From positions 224,001-288,000 of the forward strand of contig JAWXAQ010000033.1 of the NCBI GenBank assembly GCA_034439575.1: a stretch of DNA of 64,000 nt, read 5' to 3'. The stretch comes from Leptospira sp. (GTDB taxonomy: Bacteria > Spirochaetota > Leptospiria > Leptospirales > Leptospiraceae). Both the position numbers and the translations under genes were made by a program. Of the stretch, positions 1 through 11,461 are shown piece by piece. Under the pieces are notes generated by a model. The model did not search any database and was not told where the DNA came from. It was given only the letters and a program-made list of their open reading frames with translations. How positions within the stretch are numbered: position 1 is the stretch's first letter; every line of letters starts with the position of its first letter.

Positions 1-1
1 A

Positions 2-430
2 GTTAAAAAACTTTTCACACGAGATGTATATGTATGGGATTTTTTCCAAGGTGATTTTACAAAAAAGATCATTTCAAATACCATTGATGTACCAAAAGAA
101 GATTCTTTAGAAATAGAACGAAAATTGATCGTATTTGCCGCTACAGAAGATTCGAATGATGATGGGGTTTTAAATCATAAGGACTATAAACGAGTTTACC
201 TTTTTGATCCCGAAAAAGAAGTGTTAGTTGATGTTCTTCCGCCTAAATACCAATTCAGGAAGTTGGTTTTTAATACTTCAAAAAATAATCTTGCTCTTAT
301 TGTTAAAAAAATACCAGAAAAGATTTCTGAGAAGTCAAAAGGTAAAAAAATAGAACCCATCATCAAACATGAGATATACAGTTTTGATGTGAATACAGGT
401 AAAGGATTGATTTCAAGCGCCTTGGAATAA
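2..430 (+). CDS. Hypothetical protein, 5'-truncated by window edge, with EF-hand-like Ca-binding loop
   Basis: Frame is open from position 2 (VKKLFTRDVYVWDFF...) into ORF 125..430; contains DSNDDGVLNHKD (DxNxDG). Confidence 0.6.
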   Translation, partial: VKKLFTRDVYVWDFFQGDFTKKIISNTIDVPKEDSLEIERKLIVFAATEDSNDDGVLNHKDYKRVYLFDPEKEVLVDVLPPKYQFRKLVFNTSKNNLALIVKKIPEKISEKSKGKKIEPIIKHEIYSFDVNTGKGLISSALE

Positions 431-518
431 AATTCTATAGCGTTATTTGTTTTCATTCACTACCCGATTTCGATAGCGAATGAAAATAGTTTCTTTGGAT
501 GAATTATAAGAGAGAGTA

Positions 519-550
519 AAAAGAAGAACTTTGAAAAAAATTCTTCTTTT
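519..550. terminator. Possible bidirectional terminator between convergent genes
   Basis: 10-bp inverted repeat AAAAGAAGAA (519-528) / TTCTTCTTTT (541-550); AT-rich and weak. Confidence 0.3.
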
Positions 551-577
551 ATATTAATCTTTCCTTCTCCTTTTCTC

Positions 578-3343
578 TTAACTCAAAGCATCCTTAACCA
601 ATTCTGCTTGTTCTTTTAAGTGAGTCACCACATGGCCACAGGCTGGACTTGGGAATTCGGATCTTCCTGCATAGTGTAGTCTTTTGTTTTCAGGGATAAG
701 ACCTTCGATACGATCCCGAATGAATGACCAGGCACCTTGGTTTTTAGGTTCTTCTTGTACCCAAACATATTTTTTAGCTTTGGAATAAGTGGAAATCATT
801 TGTTTGATTTGTTTTTCAGGAAATGGATAGAGTTGTTCTACGCGGATGACGGCTACGTTTTCTTTCTTTTCCGTATCCACTGCCTTTCTTAAATCATAAT
901 AAACTTTACCCGAACAGAAAAGAACTTGATCAACTTTTTCTGGTTTGGCGACAGGATCGACTAAAACTTTTTTGAATACACCTGTTGTAATTTCATCTAA
1001 AGTAGATCCTGCTTCCTTCAATCTTAATAAAGACTTTGGAGTCATGATTACTAGTGGCTTTCTAAAACTTTGTAAGATTTGTCTTCTTAAAATATGAAAG
1101 TACTGAGCTGGAGTGGTAAGGTTTGCTACTTGGATATTATCTAAGGCACATAGTTGTAAAAATCTTTCCAATCGCGCTGACGAATGTTCTGGGCCTTGGC
1201 CTTCATATCCGTGTGGAAGAAGACATACAAGTCCACTCATCCTTTGCCACTTGATTTCAGAAGAAGAAACAAATTGATCAAAGATGACTTGTGCATTATT
1301 TGCAAAGTCACCAAATTGAGCTTCCCATATAACAAGGGAATTTGGATCAGCTAGTGAGAATCCGTATTCAAAACCCAAACATGAATATTCAGAAAGGGAT
1401 GAGTTTACGATATCTATCTTTGCTTGTTTGTCACTGATATGGTTTAAGAGAGTAACTTTTTTACCGTTTTTTATATCAGCCAAGGTCGCATGTCTATGGG
1501 AAAAAGTGCCTCTTTGAGCATCTTGGCCAGCAAGACGAATCGGGAATCCGTTTTCAAGAATTGAGCCAAATGATAAAGCCTCAGCAAAACCCCAATCAAT
1601 GGGAAGTTCACCAGCACCCATTTTTGATCTGTCTTCTAAAACTTTCGCATGTTTTGGGTTAGCTGAAAAACCCTCTGGGAATGCTGTGATGGCCTTGACG
1701 ATCCCACCTAATTGTTGTTGCAAAAGTTGAGTGTGGACATCCGAATCCAATGGTTCTTTTGAATATCTGGACCAAACGCCACCTAGGGTGTCGACTGTTA
1801 TACGAGTATCTTTTTCTTTGGCTTGTTGGAAGGAAGCTTCGAGACCGTTGTTGATTCCTTCTTTGATGAAATCTATTTCATCTTGAGTGATATCACCACG
1901 TGATAATAGGGATTTTTCATAAATCGTAATCGTTTTGGGATGTTTTTTGATGATATCATACATTTGCGGTTGAGTGAACGTTGGCTCATCCATTTCGTTA
2001 TGACCAAGTCGGCGATAACAAATTAAATCTATAATCACATCTTTTTTGAATTTTTGTCTATATTCTAATGCGAGTTTGGTGACTCTATATGTGGCTTCTG
2101 GGTCATCTCCATTCACATGAAAGATCGGTATCTGGTAACCTTTGGCAAGATCTGTAGCGTAGAGTGTCGAACGTGATTCACTAGGAAGAGTTGTGAAACC
2201 GATCTGATTGTTGATCACAATATGAAAAGTGCCACCAACAGTGTAACCATCAAGATTCATCATATTTAAAGTTTCAGCAACCACACCTTGACCTGCAAAT
2301 GCAGCATCACCATGTATCGCCACTGGCATAAATTTAGAACGGTCTGAATCACCTAACATTTCTTGGCGTGCTCGCACGGAACCTGCGATCACAGGATCCA
2401 CAGCTTCCAAATGTGAAGGGTTAAAGGCAAGTGAGAGTTTTACTTCTTTACCGGAGTGTGTCATCACATGATTGGAATAACCTAAGTGATACTTAACATC
2501 CGCATAACCTAATTGGCCTGGATTTAATTTTTCTTCAAATTCTGCAAAGATAAGACCAGCAGGTTTACGAATGATATTTACTAAAACATTGAGTCGACCT
2601 CGGTGTGCCATGCCAATGACAAGAGCATCCATCTTGTGAAGTCCTGCTTCTTCCACAAGAGTGTCAAGCATTGGGATCATGGTCTCCCCGCCTTCTAGTG
2701 AAAAACGCTTTTTACCTACGAATTTTTTTGCAAGAAAGTTTTCGAAAGTGTCAGCCTGATAAAGTTTTTCAAAAAGTCTGAGTGCTGTTTTTTTCGCAAT
2801 AGGCTCGTTATTCGCCAAAGGCTCCATACGATTTTGTAGCCATTCCCGTTCTTCATCATTCACTAAATAATAATGTTCGGAACCTATGGATCCACAATAA
2901 GTCTTTTCGAACCATGCGATGACATCTTTCAGTTTTGTTTTGCCCAAATTGGCAACACCTGAATCAACTTCCGTTTCCAAATCTGTAGACTTAAGTGCTT
3001 GTAATTTTAAATCTATAAATTCTCTGTTAGGTTTATTGATACCGAGTGGATCCAAATTGGATGCAAGATGACCTTGTCTACGATAGGCGTTTAGTAGGTT
3101 GATGATACCAAAATCACTTAGAGAAGAATCCTTTCTGTGTTCTGAAGATGAATAATTTACATAGCCATTTCCATTAAAGCCATTGTTTGTTCCGTTTGGA
3201 GAAATAGAACCTCGTTCCAATTCTTGGAAAAATAAAACCCAATCCTTATCAAGTGATGTAGGATCACTTTTAAATTGTTCGTATAACTCTTCCAATACGA
3301 CGACATTGTCCCCGTATAAACTCATCATCTGTTCAGCAGTCAT
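578..3343 (-). CDS. sucA: 2-oxoglutarate dehydrogenase E1 component
   Basis: 921 aa; [65 protein letters not shown] motifs. Confidence 0.98.
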   Translation of the reverse strand: MTAEQMMSLYGDNVVVLEELYEQFKSDPTSLDKDWVLFFQELERGSISPNGTNNGFNGNGYVNYSSSEHRKDSSLSDFGIINLLNAYRRQGHLASNLDPLGINKPNREFIDLKLQALKSTDLETEVDSGVANLGKTKLKDVIAWFEKTYCGSIGSEHYYLVNDEEREWLQNRMEPLANNEPIAKKTALRLFEKLYQADTFENFLAKKFVGKKRFSLEGGETMIPMLDTLVEEAGLHKMDALVIGMAHRGRLNVLVNIIRKPAGLIFAEFEEKLNPGQLGYADVKYHLGYSNHVMTHSGKEVKLSLAFNPSHLEAVDPVIAGSVRARQEMLGDSDRSKFMPVAIHGDAAFAGQGVVAETLNMMNLDGYTVGGTFHIVINNQIGFTTLPSESRSTLYATDLAKGYQIPIFHVNGDDPEATYRVTKLALEYRQKFKKDVIIDLICYRRLGHNEMDEPTFTQPQMYDIIKKHPKTITIYEKSLLSRGDITQDEIDFIKEGINNGLEASFQQAKEKDTRITVDTLGGVWSRYSKEPLDSDVHTQLLQQQLGGIVKAITAFPEGFSANPKHAKVLEDRSKMGAGELPIDWGFAEALSFGSILENGFPIRLAGQDAQRGTFSHRHATLADIKNGKKVTLLNHISDKQAKIDIVNSSLSEYSCLGFEYGFSLADPNSLVIWEAQFGDFANNAQVIFDQFVSSSEIKWQRMSGLVCLLPHGYEGQGPEHSSARLERFLQLCALDNIQVANLTTPAQYFHILRRQILQSFRKPLVIMTPKSLLRLKEAGSTLDEITTGVFKKVLVDPVAKPEKVDQVLFCSGKVYYDLRKAVDTEKKENVAVIRVEQLYPFPEKQIKQMISTYSKAKKYVWVQEEPKNQGAWSFIRDRIEGLIPENKRLHYAGRSEFPSPACGHVVTHLKEQAELVKDALS

Positions 3344-3387
3344 TTTTTTCTCCGTATGTCATCAATGAATAACATTTGTATCTTTTT

Positions 3388-4794
3388 TTAAGAATGGATC
3401 GACCATTTTGCATCTGCATCCATAGCCGCTTCACGAATCACTTCAGAGAGTGTCGGATGGGCATGTGTTGATCTGGCAATGTCTTCCGCACTCGCACCAA
3501 ATTCAAAAGCGATCGCAACTTCAGCAATCATATCAGAAGCACGAGGTCCAACGATATGAACACCTAACAACTTATCTGTTTTTTTATCAGCGATTACTTT
3601 TACTTGACCGTCCGGTTCGTTCATAGCCTTTGCACGGGCATTTGGTTTGAACATATACTTTCCGACTTTAAATTCAATCCCTTGGCTCTTTAATTCTTCT
3701 TCCCCGAGTCCAACCCAAGCCACTTCTGGCCAAGTATAAACAACCCAAGGTATAGCTTTATAATTAACATGACCTGCTTTGCCTGCGAGAATCTCAGCAA
3801 GAGCTATGCCTTCATCTTCTGCTTTGTGTGCAAGCATCGGACCATCAATCACATCACCTATCGCATAGATATTGGGGATGTTTGTTTGGAAGTGGTTTGG
3901 TTTGACTTTGATGCGACCACGTTCTGTCATTTCGATACCAATTTCTTTGGCTCCGAGGCCATCTGTATTTGGTCTGCGACCAATGGAAACTAGAACTTTA
4001 TCACCTTCTAATATGGACTTTTTGCCTGATTTGTCTTCGATCTCAACTTCGACTTTTTTGCCTTTGACTTTGGCGCCATGCACTTTCGTTTCGAACAAAA
4101 ATGTTAAGTCTTGTTTTTCGAGAAGTCTCTGTGTTAGATTTGCCGTGCCTAAGTCAGCAGTACCAAATAGCCTTGGCATAAGTTCCACAATGGTTACTTT
4201 TGCTCCGAGCCTTGCCCAAACAGATCCTAATTCCAGCCCAATGACTCCAGCACCTACAATGATTAGGTGAGAGGGCACTTCTTCCAAAGCGATGGCATGA
4301 TCAGATGTGATGAGTGCTTTACCATCAATAGGAAGTGGTGGGATTTCTATAGGAGTGGATCCAGTGGCAATGATGATGTTTGTTCCAGAGATAGTTTCTG
4401 TTTTTCCGTCATCGCCAGTGATTAGAATTTCATTTTTGGAAGTGAATTTTCCAAGGCCGAGATATCTTGTGATTTTGTTTTTTTTCATCAGATAATCAAC
4501 ACCAGATGTTACTTCACCAACGACTTTGTCCTTTCTCTCCATCATTTTTTTGATGTCGATTTTGAGAGAGCCTACGGTAATCCCGTGATCACCTAATTTG
4601 TGTTTTGCTTTGTGGTATTCTTCTGATGAATCAAGTAGAGCCTTTGAAGGGATACATCCCACATTCAAACATGTACCACCAAGAGTTTTGCGTTTTTCAA
4701 TAATGGCAACTTTTTTGCCTAATTGTGCGGCACGAACTGCCGCCACGTAACCACCAGGACCTGCACCAATGATGACGATATCATAATTTTCCAT
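3388..4794 (-). CDS. lpdA: Dihydrolipoamide dehydrogenase (E3)
   Basis: GAGPGGY FAD motif, [13 protein letters not shown] redox disulfide, HAHPTLSE C-terminal motif. Confidence 0.97.
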   Translation of the reverse strand: MENYDIVIIGAGPGGYVAAVRAAQLGKKVAIIEKRKTLGGTCLNVGCIPSKALLDSSEEYHKAKHKLGDHGITVGSLKIDIKKMMERKDKVVGEVTSGVDYLMKKNKITRYLGLGKFTSKNEILITGDDGKTETISGTNIIIATGSTPIEIPPLPIDGKALITSDHAIALEEVPSHLIIVGAGVIGLELGSVWARLGAKVTIVELMPRLFGTADLGTANLTQRLLEKQDLTFLFETKVHGAKVKGKKVEVEIEDKSGKKSILEGDKVLVSIGRRPNTDGLGAKEIGIEMTERGRIKVKPNHFQTNIPNIYAIGDVIDGPMLAHKAEDEGIALAEILAGKAGHVNYKAIPWVVYTWPEVAWVGLGEEELKSQGIEFKVGKYMFKPNARAKAMNEPDGQVKVIADKKTDKLLGVHIVGPRASDMIAEVAIAFEFGASAEDIARSTHAHPTLSEVIREAAMDADAKWSIHS

Positions 4795-4802
4795 AAGTGA
4801 AT

Positions 4803-6038
4803 TTAAACCTCAAAGAGAAGACGAGTTGGATCTTCTACGGATTCTTTAATTTTGACAAGGAACTGCACAGCTTCCTTTCCATCTACGATTCTATGATCAT
4901 AAGAAAGTGCTAAATACATCATAGGACGAATCACGATCTCATCATTGACAACTATCGCACGTTTGACGATATTGTGCATGCCTAAAATGGCTGATTGTGG
5001 TGGATTGAGAATCGGTGTGGACATCATTGAACCATACACACCGCCATTTGTAATGGAGAAAGTGCCACCTTCCATATCTTCTAACGAGAGTTTGCCGTCT
5101 TTTACTTTGCCTGCTAGGCGTGCGATTTCGGCTTCGATTTGTGCAAAGCTCAGTAAATCCGTATCTCTGACAACTGGAACCACAAGTCCTTTGGGACCAC
5201 CAACAGCCACACCAATATCATAAAAGTTTTTATATACGATATCTGTGCCTCGTATTTCTGCATTGATGGCTGGGAAAGTTTTCAAAGCGGCAACAGCGGC
5301 TTTTGTAAACAATGACATAAATCCAAGACCCACACCATGCGTTTCTTTGAATTTTTCTTTATACTTCGTGCGAAGATCCATAATCGCACTCATATCAACT
5401 TCATTGAAAGTTGTCAATATAGCGGCTGTTTGTTGTGCTTGGACGAGTCGATTTGCGATCGTTTGGCGAAGTTTTGTCATTGGAACAATAGTTTCGCGAG
5501 GACCGTTTGAACGGCTTCCAGTCGGAACTTGTTTTGGAATTTCAGGGGAAACACTTGCCTTCGTTGCGGCTCCTGCGCCTGATTTTGAGGATTCCATATA
5601 TAAAATTACATCTTCTTTTGTAATTTGTCCATTGCGACCTGTGCCTTTAATTTTCGAAACATCAAGTTTGTTTTCTTCGATCATCTTACGTGCCGCAGGT
5701 GGAAGTTCCTCATTTATTTTACCAGTAGGTGGACTTACGGATGGAGCTTGGGTAGCAGTTGATTGAGGGGAGCTACTCGGAACACTTGCCGTAGCTTTAG
5801 CACCTTCTTCTATAGCACCGATAATGTCTCGAACATGTACAACATCGCCGACTTTTTTATTAATACTTTTTAAAACACCAGATACTGGTGCTGGAATCTC
5901 TAACGAGACTTTGTCGGTCTCAAGTATGGCAAGAACTTCGTCTGCATTGACTGAATCGCCTTCTTTTTTTGTCCACGCACTGATTGTCGCTTCGGTTACG
6001 GATTCCCCCATCTCGGGGACTTTAATTTCTATTGCCAT
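4803..6038 (-). CDS. sucB: Dihydrolipoyllysine-residue succinyltransferase (E2)
   Basis: Lipoyl domain (ETDKV), E3-binding [12 protein letters not shown], catalytic SYDHRIVDG. Confidence 0.97.
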   Translation of the reverse strand: MAIEIKVPEMGESVTEATISAWTKKEGDSVNADEVLAILETDKVSLEIPAPVSGVLKSINKKVGDVVHVRDIIGAIEEGAKATASVPSSSPQSTATQAPSVSPPTGKINEELPPAARKMIEENKLDVSKIKGTGRNGQITKEDVILYMESSKSGAGAATKASVSPEIPKQVPTGSRSNGPRETIVPMTKLRQTIANRLVQAQQTAAILTTFNEVDMSAIMDLRTKYKEKFKETHGVGLGFMSLFTKAAVAALKTFPAINAEIRGTDIVYKNFYDIGVAVGGPKGLVVPVVRDTDLLSFAQIEAEIARLAGKVKDGKLSLEDMEGGTFSITNGGVYGSMMSTPILNPPQSAILGMHNIVKRAIVVNDEIVIRPMMYLALSYDHRIVDGKEAVQFLVKIKESVEDPTRLLFEV

Positions 6039-6187
6039 GTAGGTTTCCTAAGATCTGGTATTTGTCGAAAATGGGGATTGTTTGAATGGGATTCCATGGA
6101 ATCTAAGTCTACGATAGCTTGGAGGAAGTAAAAAACGCAAGCCAAAAAAGAGTTTTAAGTTTGGTTGCGCCTCCATAGAGTCGCAGT

Positions 6188-6718
6188 ATGATTTATACCT
6201 TTCAAGGCAAGACCCCCGTGATTGCCCCTTCCGCCTGGGTCGCTCCTTCTGCCGATATTATGGGCGATGTGGTGATTGGAGAGGAGTCTTCAATTTGGTT
6301 CCAATGCGTTTTGCGCGGGGATGTGAATTACATTCGGATTGGCAGTCATGTCAATATCCAAGATATGACATTGGTTCATGTTTCTAGAAATCTCTTTCCT
6401 GTGATTATTGGCGATTATGTGTCCATTGGCCATCATGCGACAATTCATGCCTGCACACTTAAAGATCACTCCTTTGTGGGAATGGGGGCGACGGTAATGG
6501 ATGATGTTGAGATCGGCGAATGGTCGTTTGTTGGGGCAGGGTCTCTTGTGCCACCTGGAAAAAAAATACCTCCCGGTGTTTTACTAATGGGAAGCCCAGC
6601 TAAAATTATCCGAGATATTACAGAAAAAGACAGAGAAATTATCACTCGTACTGCGGACAATTACGTAAAGTACAAGGAAAATTATAGAAATGCTGGGATT
6701 ATCGCTAAACAGATATAG
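6188..6718 (+). CDS. Gamma carbonic anhydrase family hexapeptide-repeat protein
   Basis: [26 protein letters not shown]; left-handed beta-helix repeats. Confidence 0.92.
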   Translation: MIYTFQGKTPVIAPSAWVAPSADIMGDVVIGEESSIWFQCVLRGDVNYIRIGSHVNIQDMTLVHVSRNLFPVIIGDYVSIGHHATIHACTLKDHSFVGMGATVMDDVEIGEWSFVGAGSLVPPGKKIPPGVLLMGSPAKIIRDITEKDREIITRTADNYVKYKENYRNAGIIAKQI

Positions 6719-6730
6719 CAAAGAAAACAT

Positions 6731-7109
6731 CATTTCTATTATCATAGTCATATGGAAACATTAGAATACTCTTATGCAGGTTTTTTGCCTGGAATTTTGT
6801 TTAGAAATAATGAACCAATGGTATTGAAAGGTACGGGCCAACCACTATTTCATAGTTTCAAACTAGAATTAGACACTTTCCATTGACATTGCGAATTAAA
6901 TGATAAAATCGTTTTTTTTACAGATGGATTGTATGAATTATTACAAAATGATTCGTCATATCTTGGTTATGATGATGTAGCAAATGAAATCAAAAAAATC
7001 AAATGATTTGAATTTATCATGAATCATTAAATTCCTTAAAGAAATTCGAGAAAATTCCAACCAAGGATTTACTGACGATGCGAGTATTTTACTTCTTGAA
7101 ATTATTTAA
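6731..7109 (+). pseudogene. Remnant of PP2C/SpoIIE-family serine phosphatase C-terminal domain
   Basis: Manual translation: ...LEYSYAGFLPGILF...TFH*HCELNDKIVFFTDGLYE...KKIK*, then after a frameshift FLKEIRENSNQGFTDDASILLLEII*. In-frame TGA at 6884; FTDG and DDxS motifs match PP2C. Confidence 0.8.
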
Positions 7110-7207
7110 AATTATTTAGAACATTCTAAATGATATGCAATCGCAAAATCCTTTTCTCACTCTGAGGTAATGAAATGATGGCGTTGTATCCGTATTTATA
7201 AAATAAC

Positions 7208-8935
7208 ATGTTTAATATACTCAAGAATTTCAGCGTCAGAAAAAAAATATTCATCTCAAATCTAACAAATCAATTTTTTGTTTTGGCAGTGATTCTCATC
7301 TCAGTTTTTGGCATCCAGAGCATGAGTAGAGATTTAAAAAAGATTCAAAATATATATAATGATTCCTTTGGTAAATCAATACTTATCGGTTATGATTTAA
7401 TTTCATTACGAAACCTAACGTCCGATTTCGAAGAAGTAAAATCAGTCACAGAAAAGGAAAAAATAAAAATTGAAATTAAAAATTATAGTCAGTCTATACA
7501 ATTACGATTAGTTGAAATAGAAAAGTTTTTACATCTTTCCAGTTTTGAAGGTGACGGAAATGACAGATCAAATTCTTCAAAAGCATTAGAATTAAATCGA
7601 GAGATTCAAAATTCATTCGAAGTTGTTATTTCAAAGATTGAATCATCTTATGATGAAAAGAATAAAGAAAATATCTCTGAGAGTTTCAATATATTATTAT
7701 CAAAAATAAAATCATTTGATGCTTTATTGCAACAGATGATTTTAAATTACAATGATTCGGTAGAAATGGAAAATGCAAGAATCACCAAATATTTATTAAT
7801 TGGATTTTTTCTTTCTTTGGCCGTAACCTTTTTTGTATCCATATTCTTAGGTAAAAATGTTTCGACTCCTATTCGTTTGGTGGAGTCTATGGCTGCTAGA
7901 TTTGCAGAAGGAGATTTGACCATCAAAGCTCCGATTCACTCAAAAGATGAAATCGGCAGTTTAGCAAAGGCATTTGAACAAGCGGCAAATAACTTAAGGT
8001 CACTTGTTTCATCCATTCAAGGAACTTCGAAAAGTGTAGCAGATACTTCCGAAAACTTATCTTTAACTTCAAAAAGAATAGCTGACGGTTCATCCAACCA
8101 AGCCGCCTCTCTCGAAGAAATAGCTTCCGCTATCACCGAGTTAGTCGAAAGTGTAGAAAATGTATCGCAGTCAGCCGAAGATCAATCAAAGGAAACAGCA
8201 GAAACGATTCAATTTATGAGCGAACTTGCACATGGTATTGAAGATATAGGTGCAAAGTCATTGTTAGTTGACAAAGGCGCCAAAACTATGTTATCTGTTG
8301 CTGAAATAGGTAAAATGAATGTAGATGAATCTGTGAAGCGAATGGCAGATATTTTTGAAAGTTCTGGTAAAATCAGTCAAATTGTGACTGTAATCAACGA
8401 AATTTCTAGCCAAACCAACCTTCTGGCTTTAAATGCAGCCATTGAAGCGGCTAGAGCTGGGGATTCAGGAAGAGGATTTGCGGTCGTTGCAGACGAAATT
8501 TCTAAACTTGCGACCAGATCACAACAAGCTACAAAACAAATTGATTCTCTCATCAAAGAATCTATGCAGAGAGTGGAATTAGGTAAGGAAAAAATTGAAA
8601 CATTGGTTTTGAGTTTTTCACAAGTTTTAGAGAGTTCCAAAGAATCAGCCAATCTCGCATCAGAGATTTCTAATTTAACATCTTCCCAGAATGAAAAGAG
8701 CGGGAAGGTTATGATGTCTGTAACTCACCTAACAAACCTTTCGAATTTTATCGCTGAGGCTACTTCACAGCAAAATACGTCTGCCAGAGAGATTGGAAAT
8801 GCAGTGGATCAGGTGAACAATATCGCCCAATCAAGTGCTTCTTCTTCACAAGATTTAGCCCTAACTACTGTCCAACTTTCAAAATTAGCTGATCATTTAA
8901 CTGAACTTATTATGAATTTCAAAACTTCGGCTTAG
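7208..8935 (+). CDS. Methyl-accepting chemotaxis protein
   Basis: Two TM helices, periplasmic helical domain, HAMP (DEIGSLA), signalling hairpin [30 protein letters not shown]. Confidence 0.96.
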   Translation: MFNILKNFSVRKKIFISNLTNQFFVLAVILISVFGIQSMSRDLKKIQNIYNDSFGKSILIGYDLISLRNLTSDFEEVKSVTEKEKIKIEIKNYSQSIQLRLVEIEKFLHLSSFEGDGNDRSNSSKALELNREIQNSFEVVISKIESSYDEKNKENISESFNILLSKIKSFDALLQQMILNYNDSVEMENARITKYLLIGFFLSLAVTFFVSIFLGKNVSTPIRLVESMAARFAEGDLTIKAPIHSKDEIGSLAKAFEQAANNLRSLVSSIQGTSKSVADTSENLSLTSKRIADGSSNQAASLEEIASAITELVESVENVSQSAEDQSKETAETIQFMSELAHGIEDIGAKSLLVDKGAKTMLSVAEIGKMNVDESVKRMADIFESSGKISQIVTVINEISSQTNLLALNAAIEAARAGDSGRGFAVVADEISKLATRSQQATKQIDSLIKESMQRVELGKEKIETLVLSFSQVLESSKESANLASEISNLTSSQNEKSGKVMMSVTHLTNLSNFIAEATSQQNTSAREIGNAVDQVNNIAQSSASSSQDLALTTVQLSKLADHLTELIMNFKTSA

Positions 8936-8958
8936 ATAAGTGATTTTTATTAAATATA

Positions 8959-9666
8959 TTGAAAAGATTGGTGAATATGATAAAATATAATCATCGTTAC
9001 ATTGAAATTATGGGAATCCTAGTCTTCCTATTATATTGTGGATTTTTTTCATATCAAATTTTATTAGAAACAAATCGCTTGTATACGGAATGGAATTTTT
9101 TAATTTTCGCCTTTTTGTTTGTTAGTTTATTGTTTGGATATCTAGGAGCAGATTTTTTTTCAGGACTTGTACATTTTTTAGGGGATACTTTCGGAACCGA
9201 AAATACTCCGATACTCGGTCAATCTTTTATCAAACCTTTTAGAGAACATCACGTTGATCCTAAGGGGATGACAAAACATGATTTTGTAGAAACGAGTGGT
9301 AACAATTGTATTGTATCTCTTCCGTTCATGATGCTTATTTATCATACTATAGAAATTTCAACACAACTTTCTAATTACTTTCTTTTTACTGGATTTATTT
9401 TTTTAATGATCTCTGTATTTATTACAAATCAGATTCACAAATGGGCGCATTTAGATCATCCAGGAAAAATAATTTTATTTTTACAAAAATCAAATTTAAT
9501 TCTATCACCAAATCATCATCAGGTGCATCATACAGCACCATATAATAAATACTATTGCATTACTGTTGGTTGGTTAAATCCAATTCTATCAAAAATACAT
9601 TTTTTTGAGATAATTAGAACAGTTGCTGAAAAATTATTTGGCAAATGGATAACTATAAATAAGTAA
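8959..9666 (+). CDS. carF: CarF/TMEM189(PEDS1)/FAD4-family membrane lipid desaturase (likely start ATG 8977)
   Basis: DFFSGLVHFLGDTFG, PFREHHVDP, TKHDFVETSGNNC, NQIHKWAH, HHQVHHTAP, YCITVGWLN motifs. Confidence 0.9.
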   Translation: MKRLVNMIKYNHRYIEIMGILVFLLYCGFFSYQILLETNRLYTEWNFLIFAFLFVSLLFGYLGADFFSGLVHFLGDTFGTENTPILGQSFIKPFREHHVDPKGMTKHDFVETSGNNCIVSLPFMMLIYHTIEISTQLSNYFLFTGFIFLMISVFITNQIHKWAHLDHPGKIILFLQKSNLILSPNHHQVHHTAPYNKYYCITVGWLNPILSKIHFFEIIRTVAEKLFGKWITINK

Positions 9667-9700
9667 ATGATGTAATAAAACAGTAAAATTCGAAAGAGTT

Positions 9701-10975
9701 TTAGTTCATATAACTACTGTACAATATTGAGTTGCAGTATTTGCCTTTTGCATTCGAATTTATAATTAATACATAATCGGCATTGGAAGGTGTGGCAAAC
9801 ATTCGTCCATTCGGTCCTAGTTTTAAAGGCATCCATTTGTCAGTACCTGTAATACCTTGAGTATATAAGGTAGAGCCAAGAGTTTCTGAATTAAATTCCA
9901 AGACAGAATCATCGTTACTCGGAGAATGATAAATTTTCCCACTTGGTGCAAGAGATCCACCAAACCAACGTTGCGATCCAGTAGTAGGAGCAAGAATAAG
10001 TGATACCGAATCATCAGTTGGATTTAAGGATAAATAATAAGGATTATTTGAAAGGGGTGTGGCATAAAGTCTTCCATCTATACCGAGATTAAACCCACTC
10101 CATTTCAAACTACCGGTGAAAGGAGATGGAATCGTATAAATACTGTTATCTGCAGGATTGATAACTAATACTGAATTTTCTATTCCTGGGGCACCATAAA
10201 TTTTTCCATTGGGGGCGAGTGAACCACCGATCCATTTGAAATTTCCAGATTTCGGTGAAGGAATTGTTGTTGTCGAACCGGTTGCAGGATCAAGAACAAG
10301 TATCGTTTCGGCCGTTCCAGGCAAATAATATATTTTTCCGTTAGGTGCAAGAATTCCTCGCATCCATTTTTTATCTTCACTATTTGTTGGATAGGTAAGA
10401 CTTGAAAAATTACCAGTACTGGGCTCAAAAACAAGAATGATATTTGTACTTGATCCGTATGGCAAAGAATATATTTTTCCATCCAAAGCAAGAACCCCTC
10501 CAAAATGTGTCCCAGTAAATTGAGAAGGAACTGTAAGTTTTGAAATAGTGGAATGAAATGGATCCACCATCAACATAAATGGAACAGCAGATGGCATAGC
10601 ATAAAGAAATCCATTCTTAGCAAGCGTTAGTGGGCCCCATTTTTCAGATCCTAATTCATTCGTTTGGATATGCGATATAGTGATCGGATCATTTCCTAAA
10701 CTTGCTTGTTTGATCAATTCTGCTTGAACTAGAGGCCAATTTTCTGGTTGGATGACTTCGGATTGCGTTAAATCACATGCCGTGCGATTTAATTTCTGCG
10801 GAGCTAAATTAAATCCGCAATGTGGAGACAATTCATTTCTATTTAATTTAAAGAGGATGGTTTTATAAAAATCAATTGTTCCTGTTTCACAGATATTTGA
10901 TGGATTGATTTTTGAACAATGAGCAAAAGAGAGAATTAGTATTAATACGAGGAATTGAATAGAATGGGAAAGCAT
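9701..10975 (-). CDS. Putative lipoprotein with seven ~42-aa repeats (predicted 7-bladed beta-propeller)
   Basis: Hydrophobic signal ending SFAHC; seven W-x-G-x-x-LAPNGKIY-x-x-P-like repeats. Confidence 0.8.
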   Translation of the reverse strand: MLSHSIQFLVLILILSFAHCSKINPSNICETGTIDFYKTILFKLNRNELSPHCGFNLAPQKLNRTACDLTQSEVIQPENWPLVQAELIKQASLGNDPITISHIQTNELGSEKWGPLTLAKNGFLYAMPSAVPFMLMVDPFHSTISKLTVPSQFTGTHFGGVLALDGKIYSLPYGSSTNIILVFEPSTGNFSSLTYPTNSEDKKWMRGILAPNGKIYYLPGTAETILVLDPATGSTTTIPSPKSGNFKWIGGSLAPNGKIYGAPGIENSVLVINPADNSIYTIPSPFTGSLKWSGFNLGIDGRLYATPLSNNPYYLSLNPTDDSVSLILAPTTGSQRWFGGSLAPSGKIYHSPSNDDSVLEFNSETLGSTLYTQGITGTDKWMPLKLGPNGRMFATPSNADYVLIINSNAKGKYCNSILYSSYMN

Positions 10976-11461
10976 GATCGGTTAATTCAAATCTTTCGAT
11001 CCAAGTATTCTTCGCAAGTAGAATCTCGATTCGACAATAATAGGGAATTCAAGTTTGTTCAATTTTTTTTATTTAGCATTTTTTCTAAAAGATTATAAAG
11101 AATTATTTTTAATTCGCTTTATAATGAAAAGTTCGCTACGCCAAAAAAAATACCATATGCGGATGTATATGTAAATGTATGGATACAAAAATTGAATTTT
11201 ACTTACATAGGTATGCTTTGTAAATATAAATATAAGAATATGTTAATATATAAATATAATAGAGCTACTGTTGTCATATGGGATATGAATTTAATTTGAT
11301 TCAAAATGCAGACAGTATAGATTTTAAATTCCAAATTTAAAACCGAAACAAAAAAATGGATGTTCTGCCGAATTCTTTAAGTAATCCGTTTAATTTTCTA
11401 ATGGATAAAATCGCTAATTTTTTGATTCGGCAAATGAGAAATATAGAAAGAAATTGGATTT

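Noticed and set aside
3183-6042. Several plus-strand ORFs inside sucA/lpdA/sucB (similarly inside groEL, hslU and greA)
   Set aside because: Antisense shadow frames of highly expressed genes with no recognisable motifs.
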